Source: Octopus sinensis (lineage: Eukaryota). From it: a stretch of 36,082 nt of DNA. Shown here in pieces: positions 22,108-34,649 of the stretch. The notes beneath the pieces were generated by a model, which was not told the DNA's origin, searched no databases, and saw only the letters and a program-made list of their open reading frames with translations. Location: contig NW_021826219.1 of assembly GCF_006345805.1 (NCBI RefSeq), forward strand, positions 1 to 36,082. Reading direction: 5' to 3'. Within the stretch, counting starts at the first letter, position 1. Each line of letters opens with the position of its first letter. The position numbers and the translations under genes are program-made.

Positions 22108-23103
22108 AAAGTTAGAAGGAAGGAAATTAATGAGAGATAGAGTTTTAGATCCTCTAAGCCTTTTGGTTTAAAAAGAAAAACAAAGGTTGCTGGAACAGGT
22201 AAGTAATGCAGGACCACGTGAGCTTCGTACGTGAAGAGGAAGTGAAAAGAGAAACAATATGAGAAGGAAGATGGGAAGAGTAATGGACTAAGAAGCAGGC
22301 GAAGTTGAGTGTGAGGTGAAGAGAAAAGATGAGGTGAGATGGGAGCTGAAGGGTAAGAAAGAGTTTAATGAACTGTTATAGTTTTATCGTTTTTATTAAG
22401 TTTTTTTTTTACATATATATTTATATATAAGTCCAATTCAGTTCGTTTGAGGCGATGAAGTTCCTAAATCTATCACCAATGATGCCAGTATGTTTAGAAT
22501 GTGAAATGTTCTTGGAGTATGTAACTACCACTTTGACACTAAGCGAATGTGATTTGTGTTGACGATGAAGTTGATATTGTCTCAATTCCAAATGTTTAAA
22601 GTATGTCCACCAATTTTCTATTCGTAAAAACAATAGAAACTGAATTAGATAAAGTATACAAACATTCATGAATAAAGCCACCTATGGTTCCAACCAAGTT
22701 ATAATAAAAACATTTAGTAAGAACGATTGTAGGTGGAAGACACATGTTAGCCATTCAAAAACACACAAAGGCTGTTAACTTCACTCAAATACTGCTGTAC
22801 AATTTTGTCAGTGACCATTTCGCAGTTAGCACGGCAAAATGCTTGACACCGTATAACAAATAATAAATGTTGAACATGTGCAATCGTTTTATTTTCAACA
22901 AACGGTCGCAGATAAAATCATTTGCCTGGTCAACGCACCGCCAAAATATTAGTAAGAAGTAGAATGTCTTTGAGTTTTCACTGTTCACAAAGCAAAAAGC
23001 CGAATAACCATGGGTTCTTAAGAAGAAATGTTTGTGACATTCTATCTATTGAAAACAAAGAAGTATCAAAGCATAAACATATGCTCTGGTATGTTTATGC
23101 ATC

Positions 23104-23152
23104 TATCACAGTATATCGCCCACATAAGATATGTGGGCGATATACTGTGATA
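23104..23152. repeat. Perfect palindrome, 23-bp arms, 3-nt spacer
   Basis: TATCACAGTATATCGCCCACATA-AGA-TATGTGGGCGATATACTGTGATA. Confidence 0.95.
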
Positions 23153-23929
23153 ACTGTACTAAAAAATGTCGAGAACACCGAATAACTCTACTAAAATTTA
23201 ATACCCAGAATAATGCAGATAAAATTTCATTTTTACATATAAATATCCAGATTGAAGAGAACTGATATCTCACTCTCGTGTACATCAATCACACTAATAT
23301 ATGTAAATACTTATACAGAGACAGCAAATATTTCCTCAGTTAAAAAATGTCAGTAGTAAAATCCCTACTTAGAAGAGCTTTTAGACGCTCTTCCACAAAC
23401 TAAGCATTAGATAAAGAAATCAGCATTATAAAATAAACACTAATTAACAAAGAATATCCTCGCAGATTAATGGACCAAACCACAGCAGCATGTAGACACA
23501 AATACTATGCAACAAATGCGTCAGGCATTGCGCCAGTTATAAATATATAAATCACTCGTAAAGTCAGTATATGAGTCAAATGCATTGTAACTATAAAACA
23601 GACAAAGTACATTATCAAAAATCTTATGGAATTGACCATAAATGTATCACATCAAACCATAACTATGGTTAATAATATTATTATAAAAACGCAAAAATCA
23701 TAAGCCTCCTTAATGACAGACCCCAAACATATATACCCGATAACAAGCTATAAATGACCAATGTGATTTATAAACTCGATTGTAAAAGTGAAAGTTGTAA
23801 AATTCATGACTCCAACTGTTACATTAGCCGCACAAATGCAACACGGTCTTGTAGGCTTACCATTCACAAGGAGCAATTAAGCGCGTTACAAAATACAAAA
23901 ATAAAGCTTGATAGGAAAATATTAGGAGA

Positions 23930-24311
23930 CTAGCTTAAAAGCCGAGCTCCGTGCGTACTTTTGAGCGAGCTCCTGCGGTGGGTTAATTGAGCCTGTGGCC
24001 CAAAACCAAAGAGAGCAATAATCATAAAGCATTTATTGGCACCCTACCGATATGATATTACTTTAAAGTCAGTTCAAATGAAAAACTTGTAAGTTCACAA
24101 ATTTTTTGAGTTCTTTTAAAATTTGAATTTTCAACTGTTAGCATATAACAATGCTGATCCCAATGTTGGATGTTTAAGAACCAAATGAAGGGTAAATTTT
24201 CAATCCCTGATTCCAAAAGGGTATAATATGTATATGTAGAGAAAAATAAAGATTGAGACACAGGTGTCCCGGACGGACAGACAGACAGAATTTCGCGTTT
24301 ATTATTAAAGA
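23930..24311 (-). mobile_element. Non-autonomous Helitron (second family)
   Basis: Minus strand TCTTTAATAATAAA..TCTGTCTGTCTG start; GC-rich degenerate hairpin, then CTAG|T; removal restores the host PLE frame. Confidence 0.8.
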
Positions 24312-24659
24312 CAACACTTCCATACTGTATAGATTACCTTACAAATACAGACGCTTAATGATAGAGGGATTATTAGTCATAGCCCTGAACAATGCTTGAA
24401 TAAACAGTCAGACAACATACACGTTACAGATAAAATAAACCCGTGACTTAAGACGTATAAATTTCGAGTTTTCTGAGCTGTGTTTACACTAAGCATATTC
24501 GCGTCCTATAAAAGGAGGCAGTTACCCACGCAAACAATATTTTACATCCTGAAGAATAAGACAGTCAAATAGTGGCGGAGCATGGATTTTGACCATCCAC
24601 TGGGCTCGCCGAAATATGCCATAAATAACAGTGACAGACTAAATAGACACCGCAGGAAG

Positions 24660-24877
24660 TAGTAATTGTATTCACCTCAACAGACGTCATTGATTGGTTG
24701 AAATTGCCGAAATACAAGAAATTAAACAAGAAATAGCTTACAAACTACAGAATTTTCTCAAGAACGCGAAGAGAAAAAGATGTTTTATGTGACACATTCT
24801 ACCAGTATACGAAGTTTAAAAGTGTTTAGTTACAAAGAAATTATTTTTTGAATCTGCCGGTCAAAGTGAAAAGATCC
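24660..24877. mobile_element. Right half of a MITE related to 12179-12983
   Basis: Aligns with 12390-12550; ends CTGCCGGTCAAAGTGAAAAGATCC. Confidence 0.85.
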
Positions 24878-25286
24878 CACCTCTCTAAAGGAACACACCT
24901 CTGACAACATCAAATACACATATATAAAGAGGCCGCCTGCACACCTTAATCTACGCCACTGCGGTGAAAATTTAGATATGTTAATGATGAATTTAGGAAC
25001 CTTGTTGTTGCAAACAGATTACAAAGGTCCCGTATGGAAATATGCATAAAAGCCCCTTAAAATATAAAACTAAAGCATAATTGTGACTTCAATATAATAT
25101 GTATAACGATGAGGGAGTAAATGAGGGTGTGTGAATGATATATACGACTTGAGATGAAATGAACTGGTAAGCGACGATATATTCTCCGTTATAACATACA
25201 ATGATTGCCATACATGAAATAAAATAACATAAGAGGAGACTTCGTGGCTAGGCTGGATTGTTGATCTGTAGACAAAATAGACGTAC

Positions 25287-25626
25287 TGTTTGGTGGTGTG
25301 TTGAGGCAGCCGTTGGTCTGTTGGTCGTGTGGTCTTCATACAGCAATGATGTAGACAGGCGTCTGGTAGATGTAGAAGGCGAAAGCGGAGACTGGCTGGT
25401 GTCAGATGCATCGTTGCCGGAGACGAGTTGTGTGTGGTCAGTGGCGAGTGCCAAAGACCTACAACAGTAGAGAATTGCCGTTCTTGTTGGGAATAGTAGG
25501 CTCCCAGAAGCTGGTGATGAATTTCCCACGTAAGGAAAAATGAACTGTTGCACCAACACGATTGGACGGCTGAAAACCGACCAATACAAACAATAGGTTC
25601 GTTTAATCACGAGGTGGTGTGACCAT
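25287..25626 (-). other. Candidate host exon (possibly 5'UTR or low-complexity coding)
   Basis: Acceptor TCTTTTCGTTCCAG, donor ACA|GTACGT, one frame open throughout; unique-looking and more GC-rich than flanks. Confidence 0.25.
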
Positions 25627-25749
25627 CTGGAACGAAAAGACCTGTGGAGCCGATATTGGGGTATTTAAGCCTAGATGAGTCAAAACGAAAACATCTCACA
25701 CAATGAGTGTAAATCACTTCTGCTACATATGTATATATATATTTCTCTT

Positions 25750-27790
25750 TTTAATTTAGAGTAAATTTTGACCAATCAGCTACTTGTAACAAAGTTGTAA
25801 AGGAAAGCACCTTGTTTTATTAATCATCTTTTAAATCTTATGAAGATGTTACTGATTCTTATTGTCCCAGGTATCATGGTCGTTTGGCGCGCATGAATTA
25901 AGGAGTTGCATTTCCATCCCAAGACCACGGCTCCAGGCGCGTTCGTGTTGGTATGTGTCCCGTTGCTTCAAATACACGAGGTATGAAACTGAAAGTGTAT
26001 CTTGGGGACTGGATTTTCAAATTCCTTATCAATGTTCCGTAGATGTTCTGTGTTTTTCTAATTATATTAATGGCCAGAGGACTTCTGATTTCCACAACAG
26101 AACATGTTTTTTTTACTAGCGAGCCCACACAATATATTCTGGCTTGTAGTGCTTTGACTTGATGGCTGTTTCAGTGTTGAAGTTCCACCAAACTTCTTTT
26201 AACCTATTCGTCCCAATTTAGTCAACTTTGTTTGCTGTTTTTTTTTTTTTAAATGTTTCAGATTGTTTTGGCAACCTCATCATGCCTCATGGGAAGATAG
26301 CATCTAAAAGACACTCTCTTGCAGTTGGGAATAATGAAGTTGATGTCTTCAGTTCTAGTTTTGCACAACCTACATTTGTTATTCATCGATGCTTTTTGCC
26401 TTTTATGCTGTAAATCCTTCTGGAAATGTCTCGCTCTTGAATTGCATGGCGGTAAACTTCAAAATGGGATGTCATAAACTTGTCAGCACTCTATGCCAAG
26501 CTTTTGGTATGATTTATTCCCTCTATGGCTTGGGTATTTCGTATCAAGTACCCACGCACAACCTTTTCGGTGAACTTGTCCATTTTCATATTTTGTTTTT
26601 GTGACAGACAGAATTTATCGATGCTTTTTTGGGGAAAGATCTGCACTAGCTTTTATAATGTTGTTTTCGTGTTCTCAATCTTCAGTTAGACAGTTTATAG
26701 CCTCTTTCTTCTGTAGATGTCGCTTCAGTGTTACAATACGTGTTTCATTATGACAGCAATGCAAATTTATAATCATGGCCGCCATCCATGCATGACATCT
26801 ATAGCCTTATGATGTTGAAATTTCCAGTAACACGAGGCAGCTTGCGAGCTTGTATGTCTTGTATGTCTTGTAGAGACTAGTTTAGAAGGCCAAATGTAGG
26901 TGTGAGGCTTGTATGTCTTGTATGTCTTGTAGAGACTAGTTTAGAAGGCCAAATGTAGGTGTGAGGCTAAGCACTGCAAAAGAGTTATGGGCGATATGCT
27001 TGTTGTAAGTGAAGAAGTCAGATGACATGTTTTTAAAACTCTTTTGAGGTATTCATTCCTTGTTCTCTCCTTATTGACGAGTTCATCCAAGATGCTTGCA
27101 GCTTACACCAATCCATCAAAGATGTTTGTAACCTTCTGACAATAATCTCTAAAATGGTTGTATTTTTAGGTCGTTCATGTATAGTGCCTTGGATGCGGGC
27201 ACACGTTTGCTAAGTTTTACCAATAAAAAAAGCACATTTTGATCCACCAAATTTCATTCCGATACCTTCAAAGAATTAGGTTATGAGATCCAGTCGCTTT
27301 TTGATGTCGCTAATACTTGATCCATGTAGCTTCAGGTCATCAACAAAGAAAAGGTGAGAGATATTACCGGATTCATTCTTATAGCTGTTATGTTTCGTAA
27401 GATAGAGGTTCAGTGAGAGAATGCCTCCTCTAAGAAGTAGGAGGTGTGCCAGTTTTTGGCTAGGTGGTGGATGGCAGCTTCTAGCGTTGGAGAGCTTTGG
27501 TAATCCACTTACGTGGCATACTATTAAAGGCGTTTTGGTAGTCCATCCATGCCATAGCCAAGTTTCTGCGGTTCTTTATATTTCTTTCTTGTATCTTTTT
27601 AATTGGTAGGTACCCTGTATATCCCAACACTTCCTTCTTTGTGCTAGAAACACATTGAGGCAGCCATGTACATCCTATACACGATGTTTTGGCAGGCTAT
27701 TGGGCGGTAATTTCTAGCTTCGGTGGTTTGGATATCTCGAGGTTTGAAGAGGGTGATAGTACTGTACTGTCGATTTCGTAATGCTTTTTG
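25750..27790 (-). mobile_element. Degenerate RLE-type non-LTR retrotransposon (R4/Dong- or NeSL-like)
   Basis: NYRPIACQNIVY, SHLFFVDDLKLH (27324-27359), GMKFGGSKCA (27231-27260), KHYKPEYIVW, CSVVEIRSP..NI, FSFIP..FEATG. Confidence 0.8.
26848..26965 (+). repeat. Perfect 59-bp tandem duplication
   Basis: 26848-26906 identical to 26907-26965. Confidence 0.95.
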
Positions 27791-27819
27791 TCCAACACGC
27801 TTGCAGTAACTCTCCATTA

Positions 27820-28059
27820 TTAAACCAACACCGGTTGTCAAGTGGTGGTGATGGACAAACACAAACATAAAGGTTCACTCATATACAGACACACATACGG
27901 CGGGCTTTTTTCAGCTTCCATCTATTAAATCCACTTTGGTCGGCCCAGGACTACAGTAGAAAACACTTTCCAACTTGTCAGAGGTACCACACAGTGGGAC
28001 TGAACCGAGAACCAGTAGTTGAAAAGCAAACCTTTTACCACACAGCTACGCCTGCGCCT
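27820..28059 (-). mobile_element. SINE-B, 3'-truncated
   Basis: Ends CACAGCTACGCCTGCGCC, the reverse complement of the head. Confidence 0.85.
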
Positions 28060-29114
28060 TAAAAATTTGTGCCCCAGGCGAGGAAAAATATAAATTCAAT
28101 CGAAGAATATCGTGAAAAAATTCCATGAAAAATAGCTATCGGGGATTTGGCTGCATGACAGTGGTTACATAATGGATAAGAATATAATAATGGAAAGGAT
28201 AAAGCAATATGTAAAAAAGAAAGGGATTTTAACTCCTCAATTATTGTTCAAAGAAGATAACTTTCCCTTGCAGTATTTTTCATTCTCCTCTCACACGCCG
28301 CGTGCATGTGGGTACGAGTTCACATAGGCATGCATCTATTCATACACTTGCGTACACACATTCACGCATACATGCATTCACTCATGTAGATATGCACGTT
28401 TCTATAGACGCACACACACAGAGAGTTGCGTGGAATCGTCTTGAATGTTAGCAGACATGTGCTCTTAGTACAAATGCCTATGCACATGTAATATCTGCAT
28501 GTACATCTCTCCATGTAATACATATTCATAACCATGCTGTCCACATGTTTGCACTTGTTCAATTACACATACATTCACTTCATTAATTAACAACGATGCA
28601 CGCTCGCAGACACTGGCGTATAAAAACGTACAGGCATGCGTGTTCGCTCCGAAGAATATCTCGTTCGAATGTAAGTTAACGATGAAAAGCACGATCAGTC
28701 AGGTAAGTTATCATAAAAACAATGAATGATAGTTGTTATACGAAAGCAATGAATCAAGTTTGATAAGAGGCAATAAATAAATGAGATCAGATAAATCAAG
28801 GGCTGACAAATGGCGATAAATAGTGAATAATGAAAGGTGACGAAAGGTGATAAATGAATAAATAAATAATATAAATAAAATAGATATTGGATAGAAAAAC
28901 GACCGTATACAGCAGAGTAAGGAGAGTGAATGTGGAAAGAAGCCGGATATGACAAAAGCTCTTCAAAAACTTCATTTGTCTTTACCATTTTTTAACCTTC
29001 ATTTATCGTCATTTATCCTCTTGATTTGGCTTATTTATCTCAGCTCATTTATTTATTCATCACCCATTCAAGTTGATTCATCGCTTTAATGTAACTTACA
29101 TAATTCATGGCACA

Positions 29115-29292
29115 GACATACGTACATACGTACATACATCTATACATACATGCATACATAAACACATACATACATACGTACGTACGTACGTACATACATA
29201 CATACATACATACATACATACATACATACATACATACATACATACATACATACATACATACATACATACATACATACATACATACATACATA
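29115..29292. repeat. (TACA)n microsatellite
   Basis: Directly visible. Confidence 0.97.
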
Positions 29293-29859
29293 GATGCATG
29301 GAAGTGCATATATATGTAAGTACAATATGATATACAATAATTGTAAACCACACGCTCATGTTAATAAGATATGCGTGGACATGTACACTCATTAGAAACA
29401 TGAATGGATATATTGAACACATTTGTACGGGAGCAGGCACATTATGTGCACATCTATGCTGATATGCGTAAATGCGTAGAGAAAAATGTGTACATAGCGA
29501 TGTGTATATCTATTCATGCATACAGATGTGTGTGTAGACACGTATTCGAGAAAGTATACATAAGCATTGAGCTGGTTTTCAATGTAGGCTTGAGTGGGTG
29601 TGGTGATTTGGTGGGTCTTTGTTGAACTTTTAAGTTTACAGTGTGGGTAGTTGAAGTTTTTGATAAAATCAAAGTTCATGTCTCAGCAAAGGATATCAAT
29701 CAGTTAATGCTCTATGTAAATGGAGTGAATAAAAGATGTTGGATTCTTGAGGGTTTACAAAGTGCGTTCAAAAAGTGGTGGACTTCAGTTTTTCCCACCA
29801 AAACTAATATCGCACGGGAAAAATCCTTTGGGCAAGAATTGACGCCATCCTTTCAGCAC

Positions 29860-31050
29860 ATGTGTGAAAACTTTCGTGCAAGTAGGCCGTGTCAGTTCCC
29901 CGTTGTTACGCCTAGAATACATATGTGCTGTGCGCGCTCGTCGGAATTTTTGTAAGGAATGAATTTACTTTAGACTTGAAAGAGTTCAGATGATAAGAAG
30001 CGCGAAGCAATGAGTCTGACAGTTCGAGGAGAAGAGCTAGAACCGTTGAAAAGCTTCCTTATTTGTGGAAGCAGAATATCATTTGGATGGAAACGTTTTG
30101 CGTTTCGAGTCAGACGAGTTGGTACAAAGTGATCTGGAACTGAGAGAAAAAGTTAATCAGAGCAATTTCTTGCGGTAATAACGAAAAGTTCATCGGAGCA
30201 ATTCCTTGCGGTAAAAGTTCATCAGAGTAATTCATTGCGCCAGATTTAAGTCTAGCGATGTCACGTCGATGTGAAAGGGTTGTAGAGTTGAAGCAAGAGT
30301 GGAGAACCAAGTGACAAAAAGGTACTCCTTTCCAAATATGACTGCAGTATTTCATATAAGGACAAATTGTGGACATCTAAGGATACAAAATGGCCTCGGG
30401 TGTCCTTTAGCCTAAACAGTGGAAGCAGATATACCAACTGATTGTCTGTAAGAACCCCAAGAGAAATCAGGTGAGAAAAAATCAAGAAGTTCCAAAGAAA
30501 ATCTTTCGTCGGATGGTTTTACTGTCTCACCAAGCGATACTTCGGACCTACAACTCATGTAAATGGGAGGAAGATAAAGGTTCCGCTTCCCGCTCAAAGA
30601 CATGAGTTTGCTCTTACCAGGGTTGAAAGTTACTCGCCACTTCTCGTCCCATTTCATAACAGCCTGCAGGCCCACACTAAAACTTGCAGCAAATTCCAAC
30701 TGTCTCAACGGGGAGGGATTGCCAAGAAAACCTGAATAAAATGTACTGTCATCAGTATAAATGATGATGAATTGAAGATCGTTGATGTAGAGGAGAAATA
30801 GAGTTGGACCGAGAATAGAGCCTTGAGAAACACCAGCATTGATAGAATACTCAGAAGTAACACCGTCGAGTCACACGCACACAATAAACAAAAAGGAATG
30901 GCCTAATAATGTTAAAGACCTTTAAACATATACCATAGACAGAGAGTTTATGGAACAAAACTGCATGTGAAACCTTATCAAAGGCTTTGGGTATATCAAA
31001 AAATATATATCAGAATTACATTCTTTCCATTTACAGGTCAACGACTCTAA
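29860..31050 (-). mobile_element. Degenerate CR1-group LINE, RT and 3' end
   Basis: FDIPKAFDKVSH, GVSQGSILGPTLFLLYINDL, YTDDST, KWRVTFNPGK, YCSHIW, LSHRRDIA, YHLNSFKSKVN; internal ~30-bp unit x3 at 30147-30240. Confidence 0.85.
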
Positions 31051-31116
31051 TCGTACATTCAACCTTATATACTCCACAGTCTTACTAACAAAAATGTGTT
31101 GAGAGCATTAGCTCTC

Positions 31117-31407
31117 TTTCTTCTTCTTCTTCTTCTTCTTCTTCTTCTTCTTCTTCTTCTTCTTCGTCTTCTTCTTCTCATTCTTCTTCTTCTTCTCTTC
31201 TTCGTCTTCTTCTTTTCTTTTCTCTTCTTCTTCTTCTTCTTCTTCTTCTTCTTTTTTTCTTCTTCTCTCTTCATCTTCCTTCTTCATTTCTTCTTCTTCA
31301 TCTTCTTCTTTCTTCTTCTTCTTCACTCTTCTTCTTCTTCTTCTCCTTCTTCATCTTCTTCTTCTTCATCTTCTTCCCTTCTTCTTTCTTCTTCTCTTTC
31401 CCTCTCC
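31117..31407. repeat. (CTT)n polypyrimidine tract
   Basis: Directly visible. Confidence 0.97.
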
Positions 31408-31726
31408 TAGTTATATTAACGAAAGATTTTGTACTTTTAATGTTGTGGTTTGAACTTTTTTCTCTGTCTTCAATTTTGCAGTAAAACTCATTATTTCTAC
31501 TTTTGCTGCTTTCATCGCAGTGAAATTTTGAAACATTATATTTGTAAAGACGCAGAAATCTCGCTTGCCCAGGGCGTCAGCAACCTTCCAGATTCGGGTC
31601 TGTCGCTGACAATGCTCTCTGTGGTTTTAACTTCGGTCCTTTTCTCATATGCTTTTGTCATATCCATGGAGAAGAATCGCCTTCCAGCTTGCGAATGACA
31701 AATGACTACTAAGTTTCATCCTTTTA

Positions 31727-31770
<44 letters not shown>

Positions 31771-31776
31771 CACACA

Positions 31777-32342
31777 CATCATCATCATCATTGTTCGACC
31801 GTGGTCGAGACAATGGAATTTACCATGCTACGCCAGAATTCACGGTCCATCATGGCATTACGGAGGTCCTGTTGCTGGATGCCTGTATCCCTGGAGATTA
31901 CATCAGGGTAGGAGAGGTGCGCCCTCTGGTATTGCGAGTAGATGGCTCCAGAGGAGAAGAGTAGAAATTACTTCTTTTCAGCTCTACAACAATGTCCATC
32001 AAACTGGACTCTCCTACCTTTCACAAGAGATGACACAGGTTGTAGTTTCCCATATATTTGCATTTTGGTTGGATGGCGCTTCACGAGAGATTTTGAGCTC
32101 TCATAAGGAGGCGAGTGTAGGTTCCATCCAACCGCCCCTCAAGCTTCTTTGATAACGTCCAGGTTTTCTGACCCATATAGTAGAATTGGTTCGACTGTGG
32201 CTTTGAAGATTTCAAGTTTGAAGTCTCTACTTAAATTTGATGACCAGATCTTATGCATGTCATTACAGGCTGACCAGGCCATACCCTTTCTAGTTAGAAA
32301 GTCTTTTCCAGATGATGATATGTATGACCCAAGATATTTGTA
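31777..32342 (-). mobile_element. RTE-group LINE 3' fragment with (GAT)n tail
   Basis: YKYLGSYI...KIWSSNL..KLEIFKATVEPILLYGSE; (CA)n on both flanks; distinct from 8412-9917. Confidence 0.85.
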
Positions 32343-32357
32343 ACACACACACACACA

Positions 32358-32631
<274 letters not shown>

Positions 32632-32686
32632 ACTGCTTGTCTGCCTGTCTCTGTCTGTCTGTCTCTCTCTCTCTGTATCTATATAT

Positions 32687-32880
32687 CATTCGCCATGATA
32701 GATCGGTAGCCACTACGCACATTTTTTTCTCTCCTTGTTTCTTTCTGTGTTCCTTTCTGTGGAAGAGCGAAGGCTCGAAACGTTAAAGACTTTTTCAATT
32801 CCTGAGCGTTATACTAATACAACTGTTAGTTTTCTACATCACCTGTCTTCGTCTTTTGATTTTTTCGTGAATTCTCCCTA
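32687..32880 (+). mobile_element. Penelope-type terminal repeat with variant hammerhead-like motif
   Basis: Start shared with ~21987; UGUGGAAGA-GC(GAAG)GCUC-GAAACGUUA at ~32758-32785. Confidence 0.5.
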
Positions 32881-33010
32881 TATATATATATATATAATAT
32901 ATATATGTGTGTGTGTGTGTTTGTATATATATATATGTGTGTGTATATATATATATATATATACATACATACATACATGCATGCATGCATGCATGCATAC
33001 ATACAATACA

Positions 33011-33040
<30 letters not shown>

Positions 33041-33041
<1 letters not shown>

Positions 33042-33190
33042 GTCGGGATCCAGAGCGAATCGCAGAAGGCCTTCGACTCGTTTACGGAAAACGACTTCCA
33101 GGACGGATTCCAAAAGTGGAAGGAACGCTGGGACCAGTGTATTACTGCGCAAGGTGACTATTTCGAAGGAGATGATGTTAAAACTTAGGT
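33041..33190 (+). mobile_element. mariner transposase C-terminal fragment
   Basis: FQDGFQKWKERWDQCITAQGDYFEGD*. Confidence 0.85.
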
Positions 33191-33216
33191 AAATAATTGT
33201 TTTTATTAAATATAAC

Positions 33217-33848
33217 GGAGGTGTGGCTGCGTGGTAAGTAGCTTGCTTACCAACCACATGGTTCTGGATTCAGTCCCACTGCGTGGCACCTTGAGCAAGT
33301 GTCTTCTACAATAACCTCGGGCCGACCAAAGCCTTGTGTGTGGATTTGGTAGACGGAAACTGAAAGAAGCCCGTCGTATGTATGTATATATATATATATG
33401 CGTGTGTGTGTTTGTGTGTCTGTGTTTGTCCCCCCTAGCATTGCTTGACAACCGATGCTGGTGTGTTTATGTCCCCGTAACTTAGCGGTTCGGCAAAAGA
33501 GACCGATAGAATAAGTACTGGGCTTACAAAAGAATAAGTGCCGGGGTCGAGTTGCTCGATTAAAGGCGGTGCTCCAGCATGGCCGCAGTCAAATGACTGA
33601 AACAAGTAAAAGAGTATATATGTATGTGTACGTATATGTTTGTGTGTTTGTGTTTGTCCCCCCACCCCACCCCAACATCGCTTGACGACCGATGCTAGCG
33701 TGTTTACGTCTCTGTAACTTAGCGATTCGGCAAAAGACACCGATGGAATAAGTACTAGGCTTACAAAGAATAAGTCCTGTGGTCGATTTGCTCGACTAAA
33801 GGCGGTGCTCCAGCATGGCCACAGTCAAGTAAAAGAGTAAAAGAGTAT
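33217..33848 (+). mobile_element. SINE-B full copy (33217-33617) plus tandem extra 3' half (33618-33848)
   Basis: Near-identical to 1370-1803; second segment restarts at the internal TA/TG tract. Confidence 0.92.
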
Positions 33849-34059
33849 AACTCGACTGGGAGCCTTTAGATACCACCTCGTGTGTTTGTATGACTCAGGC
33901 ATAACTTATGGTCAAGAATTTCGCTTCATAACAATATGGTATAGAGCTCAGAGCCGTTGAAGTTGAAACCATGTATAACTTGCGCAAGTTTCTTCTCTCT
34001 GGGTGCAATTCGATAGCAAAAACTGTACTGAAGACTGTCGTATATACATATACATATAG

Positions 34060-34450
34060 GGGCAGGCGTGCCTGCGTGGTAATAAGCTTCCTTTTCAATC
34101 ACATGGTTTCGGGTTCAGTCCCACTACGTGGCATCTTGGGCAAGTCTTCTACTATTACCTCGGGCCAATCGAAGCTTTGTGAGTGAATTTGATAGACGGA
34201 AATTAAAGAAAGACAGTCATATATATATATATATTATATATATTAGGTGTATGTGTCTTTGGGTCTGTGTTTGTTCCCCCACCATCACTTCACAACCGAT
34301 TTTGGTGTGTTTACGTTCCCGTAACTTAACGGTTCGGCAAAAGGCACCGACAGAATAAGTACTGGGCTTGCAAAGAATAAGTCTTGGGGTCAATTTCTTC
34401 AACTAAAAAATCCTTGGCCGCTGTCAAATGACCGAAACAAATAAAAGAAT
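34060..34450 (+). mobile_element. SINE-B, diverged full copy
   Basis: Head GGGCAGGCGTG through tail AAATGACCGAAACAA. Confidence 0.85.
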
Positions 34451-34649
34451 ATATCTATGTGTGCTTGAAATTTTGTCTATGTTTATATCGCTTAAGAAAC
34501 CACGTTGATGTTTATATATAAATTAGCAGTCCGGCATATAGCGATAAGTACCAGAGTGATACGTTACAAAATATTCTGTGGTTAATATAACTAAGTCAAG
34601 TCTTCAAAGCGATTCTCTGAATCGCTGCGTTCCACACCCGTAATACATA

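Larger units (their letters stand above)
22430..24420 (+). mobile_element. Ancient Penelope-like retroelement (RT + GIY-YIG), interrupted by a Helitron
   Basis: NV*SMSTNF..KTIETELDKVYKH..KPP; LWYVYASI (at the YVDD position); LKFN...ISFLHINI; SLLRRAF...LINKEYP; NVIYKLDC...CYISRT...RLTIH; IEGLLV. Confidence 0.8.
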
